Virus record (IMG/VR): IMGVR_UViG_3300033076_000375
Span: 32,001 to 96,000 of that record
Direction: 5' to 3' (one strand)
Origin: a virus
Taxonomy: Duplodnaviria; Caudoviricetes
DNA length: 64,000 nucleotides
Below are positions 8,072 through 17,090 of this stretch, piece by piece. A program made the translations under genes and the position numbers. Each line of letters opens with the position of its first letter. Position 1 is the stretch's first letter. The notes beneath the pieces are model-generated. The model did no database searches. It was given only the letters and a program-made list of their open reading frames with translations, and was not told the DNA's origin.

Positions 8072-9059
8072 AGAGTATAAAATACGATTTACTGGGGGTC
8101 TGGGTGACTGTTTAAAGATGCTATCTGAGCAGACTTCACTCTTTGAATATTACAAAAGACACGGGTTATTAGTCTATTGGGTATACTCAGACCAAAACTT
8201 AGTAGATATCGTATATAAGCAGTATAAAGGATCCAAAGTACAGAATGGTCATTGGGCTTATATACGTGACTATGACATGATAGATTATAACACTGGTGCG
8301 TCTTCGAGCATTAGCGGGGCATATCCAGTACATCAATCACTATATGATTTACTAAAGAATTTTGAGTTTTTTCTTCTTGTCCCACAAGAAACATTTGCTA
8401 ATCTAAACGTCCCTGAATTGAATAACTACAGGATGTGTGACTATCCAGAATATGCTTATAGTAATCAACTGAAAGGCTTATTCGACAATGAGAAGGGCGG
8501 ATGGCAAATTGAAGTTGAGAGCGAGTGGGTACGTACACAATTCAAAGATAGCAATCAAACATTCTGCGTCCAACTGTCGGGCAGTAACCCAGCAAAACAC
8601 TATAACCCAAGCAATTATGTTAGATTGTTTAAATTAATCTTAAATCGTTTCCCCGAAGCAAAGATTTTCTTAATTGACAGACCCACATATCAAGTTGATT
8701 CTACAATGTTATTTGACGATAGAATCGTAAATCTTGTTGGTAAAGTTTCAATGATTCAATGTGCAGAGTTAATTCAATCTGTAGATTATCTTATCGCTCC
8801 CGATTCCTATTCTAAATACATTAGGCAGTGGGTCGATAAGAAACAAATAGTCATTTGCACTAAACTAGATTGTCACCCGGATGTTCCGAAAATGCTACAA
8901 GATGCGTTTAATTATGTGGGATTATTAAATAACCCAGATGTTAAATTGTTAGGTGTTACTTATACTATAACAGATAATATTGTAGATGCCGCAACTATCG
9001 TCAATTCAATGAATGACATTTCTCCAGAAGAAATATTCAACCAGATAACTGATTTATGA
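8058..9059 (+). CDS. GT9 (ADP-heptose:LPS heptosyltransferase-like) glycosyltransferase
   Basis: N-terminal GGLGD, SGSNPAKHY and NLVGKVSMIQCAELIQSVDYLIAPDS match the GT9 (GT-B) motif layout. Confidence 0.65.
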   Translation: MAINKEYKIRFTGGLGDCLKMLSEQTSLFEYYKRHGLLVYWVYSDQNLVDIVYKQYKGSKVQNGHWAYIRDYDMIDYNTGASSSISGAYPVHQSLYDLLKNFEFFLLVPQETFANLNVPELNNYRMCDYPEYAYSNQLKGLFDNEKGGWQIEVESEWVRTQFKDSNQTFCVQLSGSNPAKHYNPSNYVRLFKLILNRFPEAKIFLIDRPTYQVDSTMLFDDRIVNLVGKVSMIQCAELIQSVDYLIAPDSYSKYIRQWVDKKQIVICTKLDCHPDVPKMLQDAFNYVGLLNNPDVKLLGVTYTITDNIVDAATIVNSMNDISPEEIFNQITDL

Positions 9060-11077
9060 AAAATTCAAACAAAGACAGAGACCAAATCATCTTAGAACAT
9101 ATTGTCAAAGAAGATGAACTAAACCATGCTAATAGTCATTTGGGACCATTAGAGAAGTTTAAAGTTGTTAGAGAGAAGTTCATTAAAAGACAATGGGATG
9201 ATACTGACAAATACAGAGTTGCGTTAATCATGGCTCCTGCTTGGGGCGTATTATTTCCCCCATATAACTTAGCAAAACTAACAGGGGTTATCCGACACTA
9301 TGGATACAGCACTAAAGTATATGATTTGAATATCGATTCATATCAGATGCTAAACTCAATTTTAGACTCGGATTATTGGCGCGGAGAGCAATATTTCTTG
9401 TGGACAGTTAAAGAGAACTTTGAGAGAGAAATTCTACCCTATCTTAAATCTACGTTCGATAACACGATAGATGAAATTGTATTGGCAAATCCAAAAGTTA
9501 TTGGATTTAGTGCTTACAATACTAACGTTCATGCTATCGAATATGTTATCACTGAATTAAAGAAAAGATTACCCGATGCCTGTTATATTGCAGGGGGTCC
9601 TGAAGTAGCGACAGGAGCCACGTTAGATAACTTACCATTTAATTATTTGTTTAAGGGTGAAGCCGAAGAGACTTTCTTGAATTTACTTGAGAATCTTCCT
9701 GAAGAATACCCAATGCGTCAAATGATGGGTACTACTGATAGTAAACTTAAACTAGAAAATTTCCCCTTCACTGACTATTCTGACTATGATTTGTCATTAT
9801 ATCAGCATCCAGACGGTGTTAGTATTGAAACTTCTAGGGGTTGTGTTGCTCAGTGTAGCTTCTGTGCTGAAACATATTTTTGGAAGTTTAGAAGTAATAC
9901 CCCAGAAAGAGTTGTCGAGGAAATGGAACATCAAATCAAAGAGTATAACGTAAAGCGTTTTTGGTTTGTTGATAGCTTAGTTAATGGTAATTTAAAAGTA
10001 TTTGAGAGAATTATCGACCTCATTATTGAGCGTAAATTGAACATTAAATGGAACAGTTACGCAAGATGTGACGGAAGAATGGATAAAGAGTTTATCAAGA
10101 AAATCTATGACAGCGGATGTACTTGTATTAGTTACGGAGTAGAGTCTGGTAGCCAGAAAGTTCTGAATGACATGCGCAAGAAAGTTGAAGTATGGGAAAT
10201 TGAGAATAATCTACGTCACGGTAGAGAAGTTGGTATGTTTAACCATGTTAACTGGATTCTTGGATTCCCAACTGAAGAACCAATAGACTATCTGCACAGT
10301 ATGCAATTAGTAGCTAACTGTAGGAAAGATATTAGTGCAATTAGCCCGGGATTTGGAGCAGGTCCTGCTATGGCTAGTCATATGGCTACTGACTGGAAAG
10401 TATATGATGTGACTGGTGATAACTTTCTATGGGAAGAAACTTTCTTACAGTCTTGGTATACTACTGATTACAAGAATACTATTCTACATAGATTCATTAG
10501 AATCAAACTATTCCACGTTTGGTTAGAAGTGTTATCTAAACATGCGGGTTCTAAGATTGAGAACGGGCAAAGATATTCAAATATCTCTGACTTTTATACA
10601 TTTAAGAAGCCAAAGAAATTGTTCTTTAATAGAGATGTTAAAGATTATTGTGAGTATGATAACCATGTTGTTCTAGGACGATTTAACGAAAACATGGGTG
10701 TTGCTAACGAATATCTTGCGTTGGCTTATGCTTTGTATCAATATTTCGGAAACTATGAGTTAACCGTTGAATTTGACCCCAAGAAAGACTTTGACACATT
10801 CGGTAGTTGGTTAGCTAACGACTATACTGCGAATTTCACAATTTCAGTGTCAAGTAACGGTAACTATAATCTCGTCATTGACCATAAATTCAAGCACCAG
10901 AGTTTAGATAGTTCTAAATCATATACCCACGAAACTCAAGTTAGAGATAAGTCTTTCACTGAGGTTATCAAAGAGAGTGGGAATTTCAAAGATTGGATAT
11001 CGACTGAATCACAAACAAAAGACTCAGTACACCCTCAATATAATAAAAAGAAGGTGATTCCGATTAATAAAGAATGA
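9056..11077 (+). CDS. cobalamin (B12)-binding radical SAM enzyme (class B methyltransferase-like)
   Basis: PPYNLAKL...VYDLN, IAGGP, GEAE, ETSRGCVAQCSFC, GVESGSQKVLNDMRK, ILGFPTE. Confidence 0.88.
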   Translation: MKNSNKDRDQIILEHIVKEDELNHANSHLGPLEKFKVVREKFIKRQWDDTDKYRVALIMAPAWGVLFPPYNLAKLTGVIRHYGYSTKVYDLNIDSYQMLNSILDSDYWRGEQYFLWTVKENFEREILPYLKSTFDNTIDEIVLANPKVIGFSAYNTNVHAIEYVITELKKRLPDACYIAGGPEVATGATLDNLPFNYLFKGEAEETFLNLLENLPEEYPMRQMMGTTDSKLKLENFPFTDYSDYDLSLYQHPDGVSIETSRGCVAQCSFCAETYFWKFRSNTPERVVEEMEHQIKEYNVKRFWFVDSLVNGNLKVFERIIDLIIERKLNIKWNSYARCDGRMDKEFIKKIYDSGCTCISYGVESGSQKVLNDMRKKVEVWEIENNLRHGREVGMFNHVNWILGFPTEEPIDYLHSMQLVANCRKDISAISPGFGAGPAMASHMATDWKVYDVTGDNFLWEETFLQSWYTTDYKNTILHRFIRIKLFHVWLEVLSKHAGSKIENGQRYSNISDFYTFKKPKKLFFNRDVKDYCEYDNHVVLGRFNENMGVANEYLALAYALYQYFGNYELTVEFDPKKDFDTFGSWLANDYTANFTISVSSNGNYNLVIDHKFKHQSLDSSKSYTHETQVRDKSFTEVIKESGNFKDWISTESQTKDSVHPQYNKKKVIPINKE

Positions 11078-11078
11078 T

Positions 11079-12023
11079 TTACCAACCCTCTTGTTGACGA
11101 ATAACATCAATTTCTTTGACAAGAGGTCCTAAATTCTTTTTATCTTTGTTGACATGACGTTTAAAGAACTTGGATTGTTCGCTAGACAATACGCACATGG
11201 GCAAGTTCAATTTGTCACTCAATGCATCCCCGAAGAAACTTCCTGAATAATGAGGGTCTTTATCTTTGTGTTCGTTATAGATTTCTTCTAGTTTGCTGAA
11301 ATCTTGAACTTCCCTGTGGTCCCAGTCACTTAACATTGTATAGTAAGTTCCTAGACGTGCCCCGTAAATTGCCCATATCCCGTTCTCAACATCTGTACCC
11401 ACGTTGTGCCAGATAGTTAAGTTGTCTAAATTACGTTGAGGGATTCTTTTGAACTCTTGTATCGTGGGCTTTTTGCCACCGAGCAAACTCATTTTAACTC
11501 CCTCCCTAAACCCTGCTCTGAATGCTTGGAAGGGTGTGTAGTTTGGATATGTTGTAGAGTAGCAATCATACATTGCCCAGTATAAACTATTGTCATAGTC
11601 TAAGCAAAAGTCTACTGTGTGAGTATCGTTTCCATCTGCGGCTTCGTGGGTTTTCATGTTCATAACATACTCTTTAGTCCATGAACTCATTCCACCGTTG
11701 CCGTATACTAAGCCATTGATATTGTTTCTGGCTCTCCAGCGATATTGTGCTTTCTTATACGATTCGTCCTTGCCTGTGAAGTCTAGTGTCAAGTCAAAGA
11801 AACTAAAGTCGGGGAGATTGTCCCCGTCAATTAGAATAAATCGTTCAGTATCAGATTCTTCCGCGGCTCTTTTATGAGCCGCATCAGAGCCCTTAACACC
11901 GTCGACACGTCTGGCCCAGGGTACCATGTTCTTAATTTTAACCCAATGTTCTTCTTTATTTGGTTCATCATATGATAGGTAAATACAGTCTAAATCTTGT
12001 ATTTCAATAATGTCTGAATTCAT
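11079..12023 (-). CDS. GT-A-like glycosyltransferase family protein
   Basis: DCIYLSYDEPN, RVDGVKGSDAAH, FILIDGDN (DxD), NGLVYGNGG, AFRAGFREGVK. Confidence 0.65.
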   Translation of the reverse strand: MNSDIIEIQDLDCIYLSYDEPNKEEHWVKIKNMVPWARRVDGVKGSDAAHKRAAEESDTERFILIDGDNLPDFSFFDLTLDFTGKDESYKKAQYRWRARNNINGLVYGNGGMSSWTKEYVMNMKTHEAADGNDTHTVDFCLDYDNSLYWAMYDCYSTTYPNYTPFQAFRAGFREGVKMSLLGGKKPTIQEFKRIPQRNLDNLTIWHNVGTDVENGIWAIYGARLGTYYTMLSDWDHREVQDFSKLEEIYNEHKDKDPHYSGSFFGDALSDKLNLPMCVLSSEQSKFFKRHVNKDKKNLGPLVKEIDVIRQQEGW

Positions 12024-12288
12024 TTGTTGTTAGTTCCCATGTTGTGCCCTCTGTAGTAATCATTGTTATATCATCACTAGAACAAGTGACACCTTTAGTT
12101 GAGGGTTTTAGTTTGTGAATCACAGTCATTTCATCACGTTTAACAATCTTTCCGTCAATCACATATACATCAGGTCTGCATTGATGATATGTGTCACTGT
12201 CGATTACAATGTAATTGCCCTCAAGTTTCTCACAAGTATAACACAAAACTTTCCCGTTGTCATTGTAATATAATCTAAATTCAACCAT
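12004..12288 (-). CDS. hypothetical protein
   Basis: 94 aa, overlaps both neighbours in operon fashion. Confidence 0.7.
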   Translation of the reverse strand: MVEFRLYYNDNGKVLCYTCEKLEGNYIVIDSDTYHQCRPDVYVIDGKIVKRDEMTVIHKLKPSTKGVTCSSDDITMITTEGTTWELTTNEFRHY

Positions 12289-12991
12289 AATTCTTCCCGA
12301 ATGCTTTGATGTAATAGTGAAATGGGTATTGTTGCGGGATGGTCTGAATACGCAATGGGTTGAACTCGTATACTAATTCTTTTGTCCAATCTTCTGTAGC
12401 CAAATTGTTGATAAGTTGTTTCATATGGACAAAACTAAAGTCAGTATAAGGTAATGTTGTATTCTCTGTGCCCATAATGTGACATGCAATCGCATAAACC
12501 CAATCAGTTGACGCTTGCTCATCCATGTCGCAAATTAATATTTTCTTGTACTCTTCCCAGTTTTGAAAGATTTCCTTAGTCAAAATAAAGAAATCTTCTG
12601 CAAACTTACTCTTTTTAAAATAAGTCATAGCATTGTATACGTCAGGAAGTTTGTTCGCTTGAGTGAACTCCCTATACGCTTTAATACTAGATATACTCCC
12701 TTTATAATCCCTAATGGTATTGCAAACAACCACATCTTTCTGAGACAATACATCAAACCAATAGTCTACATTCTTAGTCATAATCATGTCGGCTTCTAGT
12801 TTGATTGTATCGTCATAGGGTGATAGATTGTATACCTCACTATCTGTACTGAACTCTGCTTTACCTTCAGTGATAATTGTCACTGGAATGTCTGGCATGT
12901 GTCGGTCAATACTGTCACGCAACGTTTCAGCACAACTAACATAGTCAACCGTGTCTGAATTTTGAGCCATAATCACAAAGCCTTTACTCAT
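12281..12991 (-). CDS. nucleotide-diphospho-sugar transferase-like protein
   Basis: LSPYDDTIKLEADM (DxD-like); FVHMK; paralogous to 12988..13743. Confidence 0.6.
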   Translation of the reverse strand: MSKGFVIMAQNSDTVDYVSCAETLRDSIDRHMPDIPVTIITEGKAEFSTDSEVYNLSPYDDTIKLEADMIMTKNVDYWFDVLSQKDVVVCNTIRDYKGSISSIKAYREFTQANKLPDVYNAMTYFKKSKFAEDFFILTKEIFQNWEEYKKILICDMDEQASTDWVYAIACHIMGTENTTLPYTDFSFVHMKQLINNLATEDWTKELVYEFNPLRIQTIPQQYPFHYYIKAFGKNYG

Positions 12992-13743
12992 ACCAACTCC
13001 ATGAATGTTTCTTTGTTCATACAGTGAAAGTCCAAGTCTTTGACTATCATATATTCGGCTCTTTTCCCGGTCTCATTTAATAACATATACTCAGTGTCGT
13101 TTAGTTTGTGTACTTTAACATAACTGTTTACATGATTCAATGTCCATGGGATATAGTTTCGTTTGTTGTCAAAATGCCCATCGACAATACGTGTCGCAAT
13201 AGTTACACCATAATCGTTTCTATACATAGGACTGTTGATATGATATAAGTTAATATAATGGTTATAGTTATTCTGAACCATTTCTAAGCATCGGAAGATG
13301 TGCTTAACTCGTTCTGTCTTTTTAAAGAAGATAACAGTAGCCCACAATGTCTTAAAACTTCTCTCGCTTACATTTTCAGTATCATGTCCCTCAGTCAAAA
13401 AGTATGTTGAATCATGGCACATAAAGTCATCATATATGTCAAAGACTTTAAGTAATTGGTCTGAGTTAACTAGATAATCTGTGTCTAATAGAATCGTTTC
13501 ATCGTAGGGCGACAAGTCGTATGCTCTATATCTACCCTTGTTATACCATGGGTTATTGTCTTTCTGATTGCTAGTCTCAGCGTTTACATTAATGATGTTG
13601 AACTCTGGGTTCAGTGGTTGACTATCCGTGACAATAGTAACGGGTAAGTTTAAGAAGTGTTTTACTCGTTTAGCTGCTTTAACTGCCATTGAATAATAGT
13701 CTGTTTTGCTATTATTAAAGGCAAAGAACATTACCCCTCTCAT
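12988..13743 (-). CDS. nucleotide-diphospho-sugar transferase-like protein (GT-A)
   Basis: LSPYDETILLDTDY (DxD), RNDY, DFHCMNK; ATGA overlap coupling. Confidence 0.65.
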   Translation of the reverse strand: MRGVMFFAFNNSKTDYYSMAVKAAKRVKHFLNLPVTIVTDSQPLNPEFNIINVNAETSNQKDNNPWYNKGRYRAYDLSPYDETILLDTDYLVNSDQLLKVFDIYDDFMCHDSTYFLTEGHDTENVSERSFKTLWATVIFFKKTERVKHIFRCLEMVQNNYNHYINLYHINSPMYRNDYGVTIATRIVDGHFDNKRNYIPWTLNHVNSYVKVHKLNDTEYMLLNETGKRAEYMIVKDLDFHCMNKETFMELV

Positions 13744-14045
13744 CGTTTTTTACTAAGTTCCTGATATTCGTTATACCATTGTTCCATAACAGTGTTATAA
13801 GTATCACGCAATAAGTCAAGTAATTGAATGACATTTACTTTTATTGGATTCTCGTATGAATCCAAGATAATCATTTCGGTAGATGATGTGCTTTTTAAAA
13901 ACACTAACAATTCAGGTGTGCATTTCCATAATCCACCCTGGGAAGCAACAAGTAACTTACTCTCATACTTGTTCTTTAGATATTCTTTGTTTTGGTTGTG
14001 ACTAAATCTAGCTTTAGCCTGGCTCAATATGGTTTTGGTATCCAT
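13740..14045 (-). CDS. hypothetical protein (possible fibre assembly factor)
   Basis: 101 aa; GGAG RBS; follows the fibre-like genes. Confidence 0.65.
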   Translation of the reverse strand: MDTKTILSQAKARFSHNQNKEYLKNKYESKLLVASQGGLWKCTPELLVFLKSTSSTEMIILDSYENPIKVNVIQLLDLLRDTYNTVMEQWYNEYQELSKKR

Positions 14046-14098
14046 TTAAAACACTCCGTAGAATATTTAAATGAATACCAGTTACCCAATATATTTTA

Positions 14099-15016
14099 TT
14101 AAGCGTATGTAGTAGATACACTCGGGGTTCCCCAAGCGTTTGTAGTTACATAAGTTGTTGACGGTGGTTTAACAATCAAGTTCATTGTAGTGCCAGTTGC
14201 AACATCTAAACCAACACCCAAACTCCAGTTTTGGTCAATAGTAGTAACAAAAGTAATGATTGACTGCGTGGCATCAACTTTTGCAGTAACATTGATAAAT
14301 GAAGTTATGTAAGATGCCCAAGCACCTGAGGCTGTTTGCTTAAAAATTTCAGTAGCAGTTGTAGTCAATGCCCAGTACCCAGTCGCAGAACTAATAGTAT
14401 ACGCAGTATTCAACGCACCAGAGCCGCCTACTTTTGTTGTACCGGTGAAACTTGTTCCTGCAATAGTAGGAGCAGTGCCACTAAGAGTGACCGTTCCCAT
14501 ATTCGTACACAAATCATAAAACACTTTATTGATACCGGTATCAGAAGAAGCACCATGTGAAGTTGAAATTGCTAGTTGACCACCTGCGTTAAAGAAATAA
14601 CGGGCAGCAGCAGCAGAAGAAAAAGAAACAGTTGTAGTGAATGTTACTTTATCTCTCCAAGTTGTAGTTACAGCTTTTGATGTTGTAATAGAGGCTGCTT
14701 GCGCTGCTGCGTTTCCTCTATTGGTCTGAATGGTTGAAATATTAGTATTGAGCGCAGATAAAAATTTAATAGTATCACCCGTAGTTGGTGCTGTAATACT
14801 AGTAATAGTTGAGTTTTGATGGGCTGCAATATCTTTGACTTTGTTAACCAAAGTCGCCCATTCAGTGGCTGATACTTTTGCTCCTGCGGCTACGGTTGAT
14901 AGATTCGTTTGCCCATATCCATAGCTGCCTGATCCAGAACCCCAAACTAGGTTTACGTTATTAACTAAACCATTGTAATCGTCTGCTTGGATTAACCCAT
15001 ATTGTTGGTATGTCAT
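14099..15016 (-). CDS. virion structural / tail fibre-associated protein
   Basis: T/S/A/G-rich, ARYFFNAGG motif, position at the end of the baseplate module; GAGG RBS. Confidence 0.6.
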   Translation of the reverse strand: MTYQQYGLIQADDYNGLVNNVNLVWGSGSGSYGYGQTNLSTVAAGAKVSATEWATLVNKVKDIAAHQNSTITSITAPTTGDTIKFLSALNTNISTIQTNRGNAAAQAASITTSKAVTTTWRDKVTFTTTVSFSSAAAARYFFNAGGQLAISTSHGASSDTGINKVFYDLCTNMGTVTLSGTAPTIAGTSFTGTTKVGGSGALNTAYTISSATGYWALTTTATEIFKQTASGAWASYITSFINVTAKVDATQSIITFVTTIDQNWSLGVGLDVATGTTMNLIVKPPSTTYVTTNAWGTPSVSTTYA

Positions 15017-15025
15017 GTGTGCCTC

Positions 15026-16273
15026 TTAATTTATTTTGACAGCGGCTTCGATTAAGCCTTCACCATCATCAGTCTTATTTACTAAAGAACGACCGATTAC
15101 ATTAAAAGTTGTCAATTCTTCGTCTTTACCTGCACGAGCAATACCGTTACCAGCAGAGACTAAACGTTGACCCTTTTTAACTTGCCCAACAACACGAACA
15201 GATACACGACCTGTTAATGCGATTGGTGGGTGAGTTTCGTCTGTACCTGCGCCACCGTTCAATAGATAAGCGTATGTGTTAGAAACAACACCAAATACGT
15301 CAGAACTCAAGTCAGCTTTAGCTAAAGTAACTTCATGGTCGCCACCTAATTCAACTAACGTACCAACAGTATATACTCCATCGGCTGCATAACGTTCTGC
15401 AATGTCAGCAGAGTATGTAGCTGTTAGTCTTGATGTTCCTTGCAATACCCAGTTACCGGTAATGTTACCACGAGTGCCTTCAGCACCTGTAGTGATGTTA
15501 GCAGTTTGAACAGTGTGAGGGAAGATGTTACCAGTGAATTTAGTAACGTTCACGTTTGTGCCCGATAGATATTCAGCAACGTTTGCATTAGTATACGTAC
15601 CAGACGGAACCCAAGCTGTACCGTCTGTATTCAAATAGTGGTCGCAACGAATAGATTGTGTTGTTCCCATAGAAATGTTACCACTAAGAACGTTAATTGC
15701 ATTACCGTTCGATGGACCTGTAAATTTCCAAGCACCGTAGATTGATCCTTCAGTACTAGGTGATGTTGAGGTTGAATCAGTTGTTTGGATACTTTTTGTG
15801 ATTGTAGTTCCGATATTAGCAGTAGAAAGATTTGCTAATGGAGAGTACAATCTAGTGTTAAATGAACCATTACCCTGAGCAATTACGTCACGACCAACGT
15901 TCAAGTCAATATTTGCAGTGATTGTATTTGCAACAATGGCATTAGAAACTTCAAGATTACCCAAGTGAGAGTCACCTAACGAGTTAGAAGAAGTTAAAAC
16001 TACCCAATCAGATGTGACAGTTGTGCCGTCTGCTGGACAAACTTTTAATTTGTTGTCGCTTGTATCAAACCAAAGCTGACCCTTCAATGGGTGAGCTGGA
16101 GGGGTGTCATTTGCGAAATTTTCTAACAAATGAACAAAGTTAGTGTTTAGGATGTTACCGTAACCTGCGTAGTTACGTCCTGGTAATCCCAATGTTGTTC
16201 TCTGAGTTTCAAGAACTCCATCCTGAATCGTTACTAGAGTAGAATTGTTAGTTCTTAGAATCGTATATGCCAT
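15026..16273 (-). CDS. tail fibre-like protein with C-terminal peptidase-G2-like autocleaving chaperone domain
   Basis: N-terminal GRNYAGYG..LNTNFVHLLENFA...GQLWFD; C-terminal ADIAE...FGVVS...IALTGRVSVRVVG...IGRSL. Confidence 0.65.
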   Translation of the reverse strand: MAYTILRTNNSTLVTIQDGVLETQRTTLGLPGRNYAGYGNILNTNFVHLLENFANDTPPAHPLKGQLWFDTSDNKLKVCPADGTTVTSDWVVLTSSNSLGDSHLGNLEVSNAIVANTITANIDLNVGRDVIAQGNGSFNTRLYSPLANLSTANIGTTITKSIQTTDSTSTSPSTEGSIYGAWKFTGPSNGNAINVLSGNISMGTTQSIRCDHYLNTDGTAWVPSGTYTNANVAEYLSGTNVNVTKFTGNIFPHTVQTANITTGAEGTRGNITGNWVLQGTSRLTATYSADIAERYAADGVYTVGTLVELGGDHEVTLAKADLSSDVFGVVSNTYAYLLNGGAGTDETHPPIALTGRVSVRVVGQVKKGQRLVSAGNGIARAGKDEELTTFNVIGRSLVNKTDDGEGLIEAAVKIN

Positions 16274-16303
16274 GAAAATGCTCCGTTATTATTATATTTA
16301 TCT

Positions 16304-16924
16304 TTAACCCGTAATCAAGTTCGTCAATGACTGGATTCTGACAGTATAATCAATCTGAATCTGTCTGTTTAGAGACTTTTGTACTGGATGGAAAATGACA
16401 TGGGTTAGCATTTTTGTCAATTCATCCCCGTTTTCGTTAATTCCGTCAAAACTTAGCAAACCCAATTCGTCAAATACGTAAGGAGTCTGTGTTTCTGTAC
16501 CATTGTCGAATGCCATCTGACCAGATGGCTCACTATAATCAAGTAAGCAAGAAACGATAATGTCAGAATAGACTTTACCCAACGGGTGACTAATTGACAT
16601 TTTGTTTCTTGATGGGTTAGTATTAGAAATGTTAGTATCATCAACTACTTTAGCGAATGTTTGATTGTAAAGAGTTGCACTAGAACCAGATACGTTAGGT
16701 GGCAAATATGTGATTACCCCTGTCTGGTCGACACTTGAGCCACCGTTACCGAAAGCCATCTTGTAGATTGCCCCTGTACCTCTGTTGCTCAAAGCGTTAG
16801 CTAACGCAATACTCATGTTCTCATAGTGGATAGCGTTCTTCTTGTCCACAAAAACTTCCCCGCTTGCAGGGTCAAAAATCTTCAAAAAGCCCTCGATTTG
16901 CATCGGGATTAAAACTTGTGCCAT
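16304..16924 (-). CDS. baseplate / fibre-attachment structural protein
   Basis: MAFGNGG, FDELGL, LTHVIFHPVQKSLNRQIQIDYTVRI; directly downstream of the giant wedge gene. Confidence 0.6.
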   Translation of the reverse strand: MAQVLIPMQIEGFLKIFDPASGEVFVDKKNAIHYENMSIALANALSNRGTGAIYKMAFGNGGSSVDQTGVITYLPPNVSGSSATLYNQTFAKVVDDTNISNTNPSRNKMSISHPLGKVYSDIIVSCLLDYSEPSGQMAFDNGTETQTPYVFDELGLLSFDGINENGDELTKMLTHVIFHPVQKSLNRQIQIDYTVRIQSLTNLITG

Positions 16925-17074
16925 TTAAATGTCGCCTCGTAATTGTACTAACACTTCTTCCGTGTTAGGGTCGTGTATTTTCACACTTGTACTAAAGAAA
17001 ACCCCGTTAAACTCGTCAACTTTCGTTGGTTCAGTCTTTTCTTGGGGTTCTCTGTCTTCGGGTTTGTCGCTCAT
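16925..17074 (-). CDS. 49-aa microprotein MSDKPEDREPQEKTEPTKVDEFNGVFFSTSVKIHDPNTEEVLVQLRGDI
   Basis: Not in the ORF track; GATAAATA 6 nt before the ATG; stop abuts the next ATG; resembles the N-terminus of 16304..16924. Confidence 0.7.
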   Translation of the reverse strand: MSDKPEDREPQEKTEPTKVDEFNGVFFSTSVKIHDPNTEEVLVQLRGDI

Positions 17075-17090
17075 AAATTATATTTATCTC

